The notes under the pieces: generated by a model
What the model was told of the DNA's origin: nothing
The model's input: the letters and a program-made list of their open reading frames with translations, nothing else
Databases searched by the model: none
Origin: an uncultured Bordetella sp.
GTDB lineage: Bacteria; Pseudomonadota; Gammaproteobacteria; Burkholderiales; SG8-39
Length of the DNA: 64,000 nucleotides
Direction: 5' to 3'
NCBI GenBank assembly: GCA_964385505.1
Contig: CAYLPI010000001.1
Span: 19,902-83,901, forward strand
Part shown: positions 32,666-41,928 of the stretch, one piece after another
Layout of the letters: every line of letters begins with the position of its first letter
How positions within the stretch are numbered: position 1 is the stretch's first letter
Program-made: the position numbers and the translations under genes

Positions 32666-33252
32666 GTCATCGGGCAAGCATCGGTCTTTTTTGTTCGGCG
32701 TCGGATGCGCTGCCTGAGCCGACAAAGCGGCTGGCGCGGCAGTTTGGCGAGTATTGCGCGCGAGAAGGTTATCGACTGGTCTATGGCGGCGGTTCGCGCG
32801 GACTGATGGGGGAAGCGTCACGCGCCGCGCACGCGGCCGGCGGCGCGCTGCTGGGTGTGATTCCGGCATCGTTGAAAAAGCGCGAGCAGGACCCGGGCAG
32901 GAGCATTGGCGAAATTGAAGTCGTCGGTACCTTGTCCGACCGCAAGCATCGCATGGCGGTGGAATCGGACGTATTTGTTGCGCTGCCCGGCGGCGTCGGT
33001 ACGCTTGACGAATTGTTTGAGATGATTACCTGGAATGATCTTTGCATTCAGGACAAGGCAATCATTGTGTGCGATGAGGGCGGGTTCTGGGACCCTCTGC
33101 TCCAGTGGTTTGCGGGCGCCAATGCACTGGGAGCGATCCGGCCCGGTGCAATGCGGCGCTTTCACAGCGTCGCATCATTGGGCGCGTTGTTCAACCTGCT
33201 GCAGACCGAATTGCAGTCCGATCCAGCCGCAATAACGCGGGTATCCACATGA
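32662..33252 (+). CDS. LOG-family (TIGR00730-type) protein
   Basis: 196 aa, GGGSRGLMG and PGGVGTLDELFE motifs. 4-nt overlap with the nadC stop. Confidence 0.8.
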   Translation: MSHRASIGLFCSASDALPEPTKRLARQFGEYCAREGYRLVYGGGSRGLMGEASRAAHAAGGALLGVIPASLKKREQDPGRSIGEIEVVGTLSDRKHRMAVESDVFVALPGGVGTLDELFEMITWNDLCIQDKAIIVCDEGGFWDPLLQWFAGANALGAIRPGAMRRFHSVASLGALFNLLQTELQSDPAAITRVST

Positions 33253-33265
33253 TAAGGAATTCACC

Positions 33266-34234
33266 GTGATCAATCGAAAATCCCTGCGCCTTGTGCTGTT
33301 CCTGGTTGCTGCGTTTGCTGTCGCGCCGGCTTTTGCGCAGTCGTTTCCATCCAAGCAGATCCGCCTGGTCGTTACCTTTCCGCCCGGCGGCGGCACCGAT
33401 GCCATTGCACGGCTGCTCTCGGTGCCGCTGTCCGAGGCTCTGGGCCAGCAGGTCGTGGTCGAAAACCGGCCCGGCGCCAGTGGCAACATCGGTGCGGAAA
33501 TCGTCGCTAAATCCCCGGCCGACGGCTATACATGGCTGATCGTCAACAGCACTTACGCCATGAACGCCGGTTTGTTTCCGAACATGCCGTTTGATTCGGA
33601 AAAAGACCTTACCGGTGTCGCCACCATCGCCTCCACGCCCATCATGCTGGTGGTGCCGGCGACGTCTGCGGCAAAAAGCGTCGCGGATCTCATCGCCATG
33701 GCCAAGGCCAAACCCGGACAGCTGTCCTACGCTTCCTGCGGCAACGGCACACCGCAACACCTCGGCGGAGAACTGTTCAAGCGCATGGCCGGCATCGACA
33801 TGGTGCATGTTCCCTACAAGGGCTGTGCGCCGGCGTTGCAGGACGGCCTGGCCGGGCGGGTTGATGCCTTGTTCAACACCGTGCCGAACACCGTTCCGCA
33901 TCACAAGGCCGGCCGCGTGCGCGCGATCGGCGTCGGCTCGAAAAAGCGTACCGCAGGCGCACCCGATGTGCCGACCATCAACGAGGGCCTGCCCGGCTTC
34001 GACGTTGATCAGTGGTATGTCATTCTGGTTCCGAGCGGCACGCCGCGCGACGTGATCCAGCGTATCAACCGCGAAATCGACCGTGCCGTTGCGCGCCCGG
34101 ATATTCGCGACCGCCTGATTGCGCAAAGCTTCGACCCCTTGAGCATCCCGCTGGATGACGTGCAGCCGCTCATTCGCAGTGATATCGCCCGCTGGAGCAA
34201 GCTGATACGGGAGTTGGGCGTAAAAGTGGACTGA
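33266..34234 (+). CDS. Bug-family tripartite tricarboxylate transporter substrate-binding protein (TctC-like)
   Basis: 322 aa. Signal peptide, then PSKQIRLVVTFPPGGGTDAIAR. No tctA/tctB gene adjacent. Confidence 0.85.
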   Translation: MINRKSLRLVLFLVAAFAVAPAFAQSFPSKQIRLVVTFPPGGGTDAIARLLSVPLSEALGQQVVVENRPGASGNIGAEIVAKSPADGYTWLIVNSTYAMNAGLFPNMPFDSEKDLTGVATIASTPIMLVVPATSAAKSVADLIAMAKAKPGQLSYASCGNGTPQHLGGELFKRMAGIDMVHVPYKGCAPALQDGLAGRVDALFNTVPNTVPHHKAGRVRAIGVGSKKRTAGAPDVPTINEGLPGFDVDQWYVILVPSGTPRDVIQRINREIDRAVARPDIRDRLIAQSFDPLSIPLDDVQPLIRSDIARWSKLIRELGVKVD

Positions 34235-34260
34235 GCCTGCCGCTCTCGAGACGCAAGATT

Positions 34261-34291
34261 CAGCAGACTCAGCAGACTCAGCGGACTCAGG
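34261..34291. repeat. 9-bp tandem repeat, three copies plus a partial copy
   Basis: cagcagact cagcagact cagcggact cagg, in the convergent spacer. It overlaps the nadD stop codon. Confidence 0.8.
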
Positions 34292-34979
34292 CGCGCGGCG
34301 TCTTGCCGGCATACAGCCGCCGCGCGTCAATATAGGCTTCCACCGGAGGAGGCAGTAAATCGGTCGCGCTTTCACCGTTGACAAGGCGTTCACGCACGAC
34401 CGCCGCGGCGAGCCTGGATTGGCGCATCGAAAAATGCACGATGCGGCCTGCGCGTTCTTCGCGCGCCATGTCCGGCGTACCTATCTTGCGCGTTATCGCG
34501 GCGCGCAGCATTACCGACATGGTGGCGGTATCAAGCGAGTAGCCCGGTCGCTGCGCAACACCGACATGCGCAAGCTCAAACAGCCGCAACCAGTCCCTTT
34601 GGCGGTCAAGACGCAGCAATTGGTCCGCGCCGAGAATCAACACCAGGTTCGTTTCCGGCGCCGTTTCATCACGCAGTCACTGCAGTGTTCTGACGAGGTG
34701 GCTGGGGTCCGCAGACATGGCGTCACGGCTGTCGAGACCGAAGCCCGCTGCGCCGGTAATCGTCAGCCTCACCATTTCCAGTCTGTCCGCGGCAGCCGCG
34801 ACGGGCGGGCTGTGATGCGCCGGCACGCCCGCCGGGACCCAGCGTACTTCCTGCAGCCCGAGTTGCTCCTGTGCGGCTGTCGCCAATTGCAGGTGGGCGT
34901 TATGCACCGGGTCGAACACACCGGCCAGGACACCGAGCAGGTTCACAGGGGCCGCAGCGGTCTGGCCGGACGCCGGCAT
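34287..34979 (-). pseudogene. nadD: nicotinate-nucleotide adenylyltransferase NadD interrupted by one in-frame TGA
   Basis: Track ORFs 34677..34979 and 34287..34643 are the same reading frame. Own reverse translation across the gap: HLVRTLQ-TGA-LRDETAPETNLVLILGADQLLRL. NadD-like motifs VFDPVHNAHL and VVRERLVNGESATDLLPPPVEAYI. Confidence 0.75.
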
Positions 34980-35049
34980 GGACCCAGGTTCAGGCGGATG
35001 AGGACAAGCGTCTTCATTTGAATGCCGTCACGATAGCACCCCGGCAAGG

Positions 35050-36318
35050 CTAGATACGGATCTCGCCGTGACCGAAAACGACGTATTTGAGCGAGGTCAG
35101 GCCTTCCAGGCCGACCGGTCCGCGGGCGTGCAGCTTGTCGGTCGAGATGCCGATTTCGGCGCCCAGCCCGTACTCAAACCCGTCGGCGAAGCGCGTCGAG
35201 GCGTTAACGATCACTGAACTCGAATCCACTTCGCGCAAAAACCGCTGCGCGTGCGCCTTATCCTCGGTGATGATGGCGTCGGTGTGCTGCGACCCGTACA
35301 AGGCGATATGGTCCATGGCTTCGTCGATGTCCTTGACCAGACGCACCGCCAGCACCGGGGCGAGGTATTCGGCATACCAGTCTTCTTCGGTCGCCTTGGT
35401 CATGCCGGCGACCAGGCGCCGGGCGCCGTCGTCGCCGCGCAACTCGACGCCTTTGCCGGCGTAGATTTGCGCCAGTTCGGGCAAAACCCTGGGTGCAATC
35501 GCCTCATGCACCAGCAGCGTTTCCATGGTGTTGCAGGTACCGTAGCGCTGGGTTTTTGCGTTGTCGGCAATACGCACGGCTTTTACCGGGTCGGCCGCTG
35601 CGTCGATGAAAACATGGCAAACGCCATCAAGGTGCTTGATCATCGGAATGCGCGACTCGGCCATGATGCGCGCGATCAGACTCTTGCCGCCGCGCGGCAC
35701 GATGATATCGACGTACTCGGGCATGTTGAGCAGCGCGCTGACGGCTTCACGGTCGGCGGTCGCCACCACCTGCACCGCTGACTCGGGCAGGCCCGCAGCG
35801 TGAAGGCCCTCGCGCACGCAGTCGGCAATGGCGAGATTGGATCGCACCGACTCCGATCCGCCGCGCAGAATGCAGGCATTGCCCGATTTGAGACACAGCG
35901 CCGCCGCGTCGGCCGTCACGTTCGGACGCGACTCGTAAATGATACCGATGACACCCAGCGGCACGCGCATGCGCGCAACCTCGATACCTGTCGGCTGGAC
36001 GCGGCGCTCGCTGATTTCGCCCACAGGATCGGCCAGTGCGGCGATCTGTTCGACGCCCATGGCCATGCCCTCAACCGAGCCGGCCGACAGCGTCAGGCGG
36101 TCGATGAAGGCGTTGTCCTTGCCGGACGACTTTGCCGCGGCGACATCGACCGCGTTGGCGGCCAGCAGCGCTTCTGTGTTGCGGCGAATGGCGGCGGCCA
36201 TGGCGAGCAAGGCCTTGTCCCTGGTTCCGCCGTCGCTGCGGGCGAGCACGCGCGCGGCGGCACGGGCCTGGCGGCCGAGTTCCAGCATGTAGGTCTTGAT
36301 ATCGTGCGGGGCATTCAT
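35050..36318 (-). CDS. proA: glutamate-5-semialdehyde dehydrogenase (gamma-glutamyl phosphate reductase)
   Basis: 422 aa, full-length ProA pattern ([12 protein letters not shown]...[10 protein letters not shown]...[15 protein letters not shown]). Confidence 0.93.
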   Translation of the reverse strand: MNAPHDIKTYMLELGRQARAAARVLARSDGGTRDKALLAMAAAIRRNTEALLAANAVDVAAAKSSGKDNAFIDRLTLSAGSVEGMAMGVEQIAALADPVGEISERRVQPTGIEVARMRVPLGVIGIIYESRPNVTADAAALCLKSGNACILRGGSESVRSNLAIADCVREGLHAAGLPESAVQVVATADREAVSALLNMPEYVDIIVPRGGKSLIARIMAESRIPMIKHLDGVCHVFIDAAADPVKAVRIADNAKTQRYGTCNTMETLLVHEAIAPRVLPELAQIYAGKGVELRGDDGARRLVAGMTKATEEDWYAEYLAPVLAVRLVKDIDEAMDHIALYGSQHTDAIITEDKAHAQRFLREVDSSSVIVNASTRFADGFEYGLGAEIGISTDKLHARGPVGLEGLTSLKYVVFGHGEIRI

Positions 36319-36378
36319 GGCGCTTCGATTTTACGCTTTATGGCGGCGACGGAGAACCCGCGCTGCGGAACTGCCAGC

Positions 36379-37383
36379 TTAGCGGGCGAAGCGCAGGCCC
36401 AACTGCAGCATCTCGTTCCAGGGATCGCCCTCACCTATGCCTTTGGCCATGCGGTCGATGCGCGCGGCGTGGCGCAGCGCATTACGTGCCACCGCAGCGG
36501 GCAGGGCCCGCGCCGCCCGCGACAGTAGCGATTTTCGCGGTTCACGCCAGACCCGCGCGGCGCTGAGCAAATCGGGCAGCGCCTGGCCCTCGGCAAGACC
36601 GGCCTGCACACGCGCCAGCGCGCGAATATCCTCGGCCAGAATCCACAATACCCGCGGCACCGCCTCGCCCTCGCCCTCAAGGCCCTCGAGCATGCGTGCC
36701 AGGCGCGCAATGTCGCCGGCCAGCAGGGCTGCGGACAGATCCGCCACGTCATAGCGCGCCACGTTGAGCACCGCGGCACGGATCGCTTCATCGGCGATTT
36801 CGCCCGGCGGGTGCAGCAGGCCGAGCTTCTGGATTTCCTGGTGGGCCGCAAGCAGGTTGCCCTCGACGCAATCGGCGATGAATTCGAGGCTTTCACGCGC
36901 GGCCGTTTGTTTTTGCGTCGCGAGGCGTGCGGCAATCCAGTCGGGAAGCCGCGCCCGGTCCACCGCCGATACCGTAACGAGGACTGCGGCGGCGCTCAGG
37001 GTGCGAAACCAGGCTGTTTCCTGCGATTTGCGGTCGAGCGTCGGCAGGATTGCCAGCGTCAGTGTGTCCGGCGGCAGCCTGGTGCAATAGGCCTCGATCG
37101 CCTTGGCGCCCTCGGTGCCGGGTTTGCCGCCGGGCATGCGCAACTCGATCAGGCGCTTTTCGGCGAATAGCGACATGCTCGCGCCGGCGGCGCCAAGCTG
37201 GCCCCAATCGAAATAGCGCTCGACCGAGAGCACCTCGCGTTCGCTGTGCCCGGCGGCGCGTGCCCTGGCACGAATGGCATCGGCCGCCTCCAACGTCAGC
37301 AACGGCTCGTCTCCCAGCACCACATACAGCGGCGCAAGGGCGCGCGCAAGATGACCCGCGAGCTGGTCCGCCCGCAGCTGCAT
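36379..37383 (-). CDS. holA: DNA polymerase III delta subunit
   Basis: 334 aa, MQLRADQLAGHL...PLYVVLGDEPLL. leuS-lptE-holA order. Confidence 0.85.
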   Translation of the reverse strand: MQLRADQLAGHLARALAPLYVVLGDEPLLTLEAADAIRARARAAGHSEREVLSVERYFDWGQLGAAGASMSLFAEKRLIELRMPGGKPGTEGAKAIEAYCTRLPPDTLTLAILPTLDRKSQETAWFRTLSAAAVLVTVSAVDRARLPDWIAARLATQKQTAARESLEFIADCVEGNLLAAHQEIQKLGLLHPPGEIADEAIRAAVLNVARYDVADLSAALLAGDIARLARMLEGLEGEGEAVPRVLWILAEDIRALARVQAGLAEGQALPDLLSAARVWREPRKSLLSRAARALPAAVARNALRHAARIDRMAKGIGEGDPWNEMLQLGLRFAR

Positions 37384-37937
37384 TACTGCGCTGATGCGCT
37401 CGGCGGTTTGGCTGCGGCCAGCCGGCGCAGCACCTGTTGCACCATGTCGGCCTGCATGTCGCGATAAAGCAGGCCTTCCTCATTCTCCTTGGCCAGCACC
37501 GCGGAGTCATTGAAGCTGATGTCGCGGGTCAACAAGATTTCGTTCGAGGGCACGAACTCGAGTCCTTTGGCGTCGGCAACGCGGAAGCGATAGCGATAAC
37601 GCAATTGGTACTCGCGCACGCGGCCAGCGGAATTAAGACTCAAAATGGATTTTTCCTGCGCTTCATACAGGACGCTGAAGGTGGCCTGGGCGAGTTTGGG
37701 GTCGTCCACCAGCCGGGTGTTGGTGCCGGCGATGATGTTGCGCTTGAGCTGGACCGCGAGCCCGGTGTTCGAGGCGACGTAAAGCGAGTCGAACGGCAAC
37801 GTCGCCTGTCCGCGCAACTGGAAACCGCAGGCGCCAAGGGTCATGCACAGCGCCGCAACGAGAAACAGCGACGCGCGCGAAGGCCGCCCTGAACCGGACT
37901 GCAGTTTTGGATTCATCGTGTCGTCCTGAGGCTTCAT
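37383..37937 (-). CDS. lptE: LPS-assembly lipoprotein LptE
   Basis: 184 aa, lipobox-like MTLGACGFQLRG. The start may instead be the internal MNPK at 37916. Confidence 0.8.
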   Translation of the reverse strand: MKPQDDTMNPKLQSGSGRPSRASLFLVAALCMTLGACGFQLRGQATLPFDSLYVASNTGLAVQLKRNIIAGTNTRLVDDPKLAQATFSVLYEAQEKSILSLNSAGRVREYQLRYRYRFRVADAKGLEFVPSNEILLTRDISFNDSAVLAKENEEGLLYRDMQADMVQQVLRRLAAAKPPSASAQ

Positions 37938-37955
37938 TCTGGGCTTTGTTGGCGC

Positions 37956-40604
37956 TTACACTACCACGTTGATAAGCCGCCCGGGCACGACGATGACCTT
38001 CTTCGGCGCCTGCCCGCCGGTGTGTTTTTGCGTGACCTCGCTGGCGAGGGCCAGACGTTCGAGCATCGCCTTGTCGGCGTCATGCGGCACCCGCAACTGG
38101 CCGCGCAGCTTGCCGTTGATTTGCAGCACCATGTCGATTTCGTCCTGCGCCAGGGCTGCCTCGTCCACCACCGGCCACGGCGCGTCAAGAATCTCGCCCT
38201 GCTTCGCGGCGAAGCCCAGTTCACGCCAAAGCGCGTGCGCGATATGCGGCACAACGGGGTAGAGCACGCGGATCAGGATGGAAAGTCCTTCGCCGAGTAC
38301 TGCGGCGCTCGCCGGTCCTTCGGGCAGCTTGGCCGACTCCAGCGCATTGAGCATTTTCATCGTCGCCGAAACGACGGTGTTGTACTGGATGCGTTTGAGG
38401 TCGTAGTCGGCCTGGCGCAAACCGAGATGAATTTCGCGGCGCAGCGCCTTGTGCGCTTCGGTGAGACCGCCGCCCGGGGCGCCGGTGTCCCTGATCAGGT
38501 CGTGCTGTTTGTGTGAAAAGGCCCAGACACGCTTGAGAAAGCGGTGCGCGCCGTCAACGCCCGCTTCCGACCATTCCAGCGTCTGCTCGGGCGGGCTGGT
38601 GAACATCACGAACAGGCGCGCAGTGTCTGCGCCCATTTTGTCGATTAGTTGCTGCGGGTCGATGCCGTTGTTCTTGGACTTGGACATGGTGGTCCAGCCC
38701 TCATAGGTGACCGGCTGGCCGTCGGACCTGGCCGTGGCCGAGACCACCTTGGCATGCTCGTCGCGCACGATGTCGAGGTCGTGCGCCCAGAAGTACTGCT
38801 TGCCGGCTTTGTCGCCGCTGCGCACGAAGGCCTCGTTGAGCACCATGCCTTGTGTCAGCAGCTTGGTGAAGGGCTCGTCGACTTTGACCAGGCCCATGTC
38901 ACGCATCACCTTGGTCCAGAAGCGCGCGTACAACAAGTGCAGGATGGCGTGCTCGATGCCGCCGATGTACTGATCCATGGGCATCCAGTAATCGGCGCCG
39001 GCGGCGACCATGGCCTTGTCGTTTTTCGGGTCGCAGTAGCGCATGAAATACCACGACGAATCGACAAAGGTGTCCATGGTGTCGGTTTCGCGCCGCGCCG
39101 GCTTGCCGCACTGCGGGCATGTGCAGCGAAGAAAGCGCTCGTCCTTGGCGAGGGGATTGCCCGAACCGTCGGGAATCAGGTCCTCGGGCAGCACCACCGG
39201 CAGGTCATTTTCCGGTACCGGCACCGGTCCGCAATCGGTGCAGTGGATGATGGGGATGGGTGTGCCCCAGTAGCGCTGGCGCGAAATGCCCCAGTCGCGC
39301 AGACGGTAAGTCGTCCGCGCCTCGCCCAGGCCCTTGGCGCCGAGCTCGGCCGCAATGGCGCTGACCGCCGCTTTGAAGCCGAGGCCGTCGTATTGGCCGC
39401 TGTTGATGCATTTGCCGACCTGCTTGTTGGCGTACCACTCGTCCCAGGCCGCGGTCGAAAAGTTTTTGCCTGCGAGGGCGACGACCTGCTTGATGGTGAG
39501 GCCGTACTTTTTTGCGAATGCGAAATCGCGTTCGTCATGCGCCGGCACGCCCATCACCGCGCCGTCGCCGTAGCTCATCAGCACGTAGTTACCGACCCAG
39601 ACCTCGACTTTTGCACCGGTCAGCGGGTGGGTGACGAACAAGCCGGTGGGCATGCCGGCTTTTTCACGCAGCGCCAACTCGGCTTCGGTGGTGCCGCCTT
39701 TTTTGCAGTCTTCCATGAAGGCCGCCAGCGCCCGGTTGCCCAATGCAGCGTGCTCGGCCAGCGCATGCTCCGGCGCGACGGCGCAAAAAGTTACCCCCAT
39801 GATGGTGTCGGCGCGGGTGGTAAACACGTACATGCGCCCGTCCTGGATCAGCTTGCCGTCGGCGCCCTTGATGTCGTGCGGGAACGCAAAACGCACGCCC
39901 TCGCTTTTGCCTATCCAGTTCTCCTGCATCAGGCGCACGCGCTCGGGCCAACCCGGCAGCTTGGTGGTGACAGCGTCCAGCAGTTCGTCGGCGTAGCGCG
40001 TGATGGCGAGGTAATAGCCCGGGATTTCGCGTTTTTCCACCAGGGCGCCGGTGCGCCAGCCGCGGCCGTCGATGACCTGCTCGTTGGCCAGCACGGTCTG
40101 GTCAACCGGGTCCCAGTTCACCACTTGGGTCTTGCGGTAGGCGATGCCTTTTTCCAGCATTTTCAGGAACAGCCACTGGTTCCACTTGTAATAATTCGGG
40201 TCACAGGCGGCGATTTCGCGCGACCAATCGATGGCGAGGCCCATCGATTGCATCTGCTTTCTCATGTACGCAATGTTGTCGTAAGTCCATTTTGCCGGCG
40301 CCACCTTGTTGGCCATGGCGGCGTTTTCGGCCGGCAGGCCAAAGGCGTCCCAGCCCATCGGCTGCAGCACGTTGTAGCCGTTCATGCGCAGGTAGCGGTA
40401 CATCACATCATTGATGGTGTAGTTGCGCACATGCCCCATGTGCAGCTTGCCCGAGGGGTAGGGCAGCATCGAGCAGGCGTAGTACTTGGGTTTTTCCTTG
40501 CCCGTCGCATCCCTGGCGTGTTCGACGGCGCGGTAGGCGTCCGTGCTCCGCCAGTGTTGCTGCGCTTCGCGCTCGATATCGGTCGGGCTATACTGGGCTT
40601 GCAT
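37956..40604 (-). CDS. leuS: leucine--tRNA ligase
   Basis: ORF 37956..40742, trimmed to codon 47 ([18 protein letters not shown]). HIGH-type [15 protein letters not shown] and KMSKS motif TMSKSKNN. Confidence 0.95.
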   Translation of the reverse strand: MQAQYSPTDIEREAQQHWRSTDAYRAVEHARDATGKEKPKYYACSMLPYPSGKLHMGHVRNYTINDVMYRYLRMNGYNVLQPMGWDAFGLPAENAAMANKVAPAKWTYDNIAYMRKQMQSMGLAIDWSREIAACDPNYYKWNQWLFLKMLEKGIAYRKTQVVNWDPVDQTVLANEQVIDGRGWRTGALVEKREIPGYYLAITRYADELLDAVTTKLPGWPERVRLMQENWIGKSEGVRFAFPHDIKGADGKLIQDGRMYVFTTRADTIMGVTFCAVAPEHALAEHAALGNRALAAFMEDCKKGGTTEAELALREKAGMPTGLFVTHPLTGAKVEVWVGNYVLMSYGDGAVMGVPAHDERDFAFAKKYGLTIKQVVALAGKNFSTAAWDEWYANKQVGKCINSGQYDGLGFKAAVSAIAAELGAKGLGEARTTYRLRDWGISRQRYWGTPIPIIHCTDCGPVPVPENDLPVVLPEDLIPDGSGNPLAKDERFLRCTCPQCGKPARRETDTMDTFVDSSWYFMRYCDPKNDKAMVAAGADYWMPMDQYIGGIEHAILHLLYARFWTKVMRDMGLVKVDEPFTKLLTQGMVLNEAFVRSGDKAGKQYFWAHDLDIVRDEHAKVVSATARSDGQPVTYEGWTTMSKSKNNGIDPQQLIDKMGADTARLFVMFTSPPEQTLEWSEAGVDGAHRFLKRVWAFSHKQHDLIRDTGAPGGGLTEAHKALRREIHLGLRQADYDLKRIQYNTVVSATMKMLNALESAKLPEGPASAAVLGEGLSILIRVLYPVVPHIAHALWRELGFAAKQGEILDAPWPVVDEAALAQDEIDMVLQINGKLRGQLRVPHDADKAMLERLALASEVTQKHTGGQAPKKVIVVPGRLINVVV

Positions 40605-40730
40605 TGTTGTTTTCGCAGCGTAAATGAAGCTGGCAATTATAGCCTGCGCCCGGCTGCGGGCCTGAATCCGGGCAGCGGCGGTCACCGTATAAGCCTGCAT
40701 CTGCATGGCAAACCAGAAAAGGGGCGAAAC

Positions 40731-41660
40731 ATGGGTACACATTCACAGCTTTTACCGGTGGTGCGGCCGTTCCTCGCCTTCACCTTTACCTTTACCTTTA
40801 CCTTTAGCCTGGCCCTGGTATTGGGCCTGGCGGTGGCGCCGGGCGTGCATGCCGCGCCCAACGCCACCGTCGAAGCGGTACAAATGCCGGCCTGGGTGGA
40901 GCGCGGCTCCGGACGACTGCCCTTGTCGCCCGGCATGGAGTTGCAAAACGGCGACCAGGTGCGCACCGGCGCCAATTCGCGCCTGTTGCTCAAGACCGCC
41001 GATGGCAGCGCGGTCAAGCTGGGTCAGAACGCCAGCCTCAGACTAAGCGACATGGCGCAGCAAAAGGACGGCGTGTTTGCCGCCTCGCTGGCCGTGGGTG
41101 AGGGCGCGTTTCGCTTTACCACCGATATTTTTGCCAAGTTGCGTGGCAAGCGCCTGGTCAATGTCTCGGTTGCAACCGTGACCATAGGGGTGCGCGGCAC
41201 CGATTTGTGGGGCAAGTCGGACCTCAACAAGCAGATCGTCTGCCTGATCGAGGGCCGCATCGAGGTTACGCCGCCGGGCGAGCAAGCTTTCAACCTTGAC
41301 CAGCCCTTGCAGTTTTACATCCGCGACAACGGCAAGTCCTTGCCTATCGCCGCGGTTGACGCCAAGTTGCTGACGCAATGGGCGACCGAAACCGAGGTAG
41401 CCGCCGGCGCCGGGGCGGCGCGTCGCGGCGGCAAATGGAAGGTCGTACTGGGTACGGCAGACACCCAGGCCGACGCGCTCAAACTCTATGATGATGTGCG
41501 TAATGCCGGCTATGCCGCCGAAATCCAGCCGGTGCTGGCCGGTGAGAAGCGCAGCTACAACGTGCGCCTCGCCAACCTGCCCTCGCGCGACGAAGCGCAG
41601 GCACTGGCGGCGCGGCTCAAGGGCAGCATGGGCGTGAATGAGCCAAGGGTGAGCATGTGA
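40731..41660 (+). CDS. secreted FecR-domain / SPOR-domain protein
   Basis: C-terminal 309 codons of track ORF 38649..41660, whose upstream part is antisense to leuS. ATG 40731 follows AAGGGG. Signal peptide ends VHAAPNA. FecR-like [27 protein letters not shown]...IGVRGTDLW...[13 protein letters not shown]-like [33 protein letters not shown]...[22 protein letters not shown]. Confidence 0.75.
   Translation: MGTHSQLLPVVRPFLAFTFTFTFTFSLALVLGLAVAPGVHAAPNATVEAVQMPAWVERGSGRLPLSPGMELQNGDQVRTGANSRLLLKTADGSAVKLGQNASLRLSDMAQQKDGVFAASLAVGEGAFRFTTDIFAKLRGKRLVNVSVATVTIGVRGTDLWGKSDLNKQIVCLIEGRIEVTPPGEQAFNLDQPLQFYIRDNGKSLPIAAVDAKLLTQWATETEVAAGAGAARRGGKWKVVLGTADTQADALKLYDDVRNAGYAAEIQPVLAGEKRSYNVRLANLPSRDEAQALAARLKGSMGVNEPRVSM
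40776..40808 (+). repeat. hexanucleotide repeat (ACCTTT) x4 with flanking imperfect units, inside the signal-peptide coding region
   Basis: gccttc ACCTTT ACCTTT ACCTTT ACCTTT agc, encoding [11 protein letters not shown]. Confidence 0.85.
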
Positions 41661-41767
41661 ACAGGTGAGCACGTAATTGGCGTGACGCGTTTCCCCGACG
41701 CGCAGCTTGCGCCGGCGTTTTTACTGGTGCCGCGCTGCCTGACGCGGCCACACGAAAAGTACAACAA

Positions 41768-41800
41768 GCTGGAAAGCCACGACTGGCGTGGCTTTCCAGC
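41768..41800. repeat. REP-like hairpin, same family as 13690-13740
   Basis: GCTGGAAAGCCA cgactggcg TGGCTTTCCAGC. 12-bp stem, 9-nt loop ending CTGGCG as in the first copy. Lies 108 nt after the FecR/SPOR stop. Confidence 0.6.
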
Positions 41801-41928
41801 CTATGCTCTGGGTATTTTCTGGCGCGGTGCGCCAGCGGGAAAACTGCCCTGTTGCGCACCGGAACGTCAATTTGGCACAGGCGCTGCGGTAGAATGCGCG
41901 CAGTCCAACGCCCCCGGCGCCAGCGGCA

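Noticed and set aside
33241-33249. GTATCCACA DnaA-box-like 9-mer
   Set aside because: A single 8/9 match inside the LOG coding end, with no neighbouring boxes. A chance occurrence is expected.
34677-34679. The TGA in nadD read as selenocysteine or programmed recoding
   Set aside because: NadD is not a known selenoprotein. The codon aligns with an ordinary, non-catalytic position. I see no convincing SECIS-like hairpin just downstream (only a short CGGCGCCG palindrome). A pseudogene or sequencing error is more economical.
38649-40730. First ~690 codons of the 1003-aa plus-strand ORF 38649..41660
   Set aside because: Entirely antisense to leuS and has no recognisable domains. Long stop-free antisense frames are expected in GC-rich DNA. 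Only the last 309 codons (from ATG 40731) form a credible gene.
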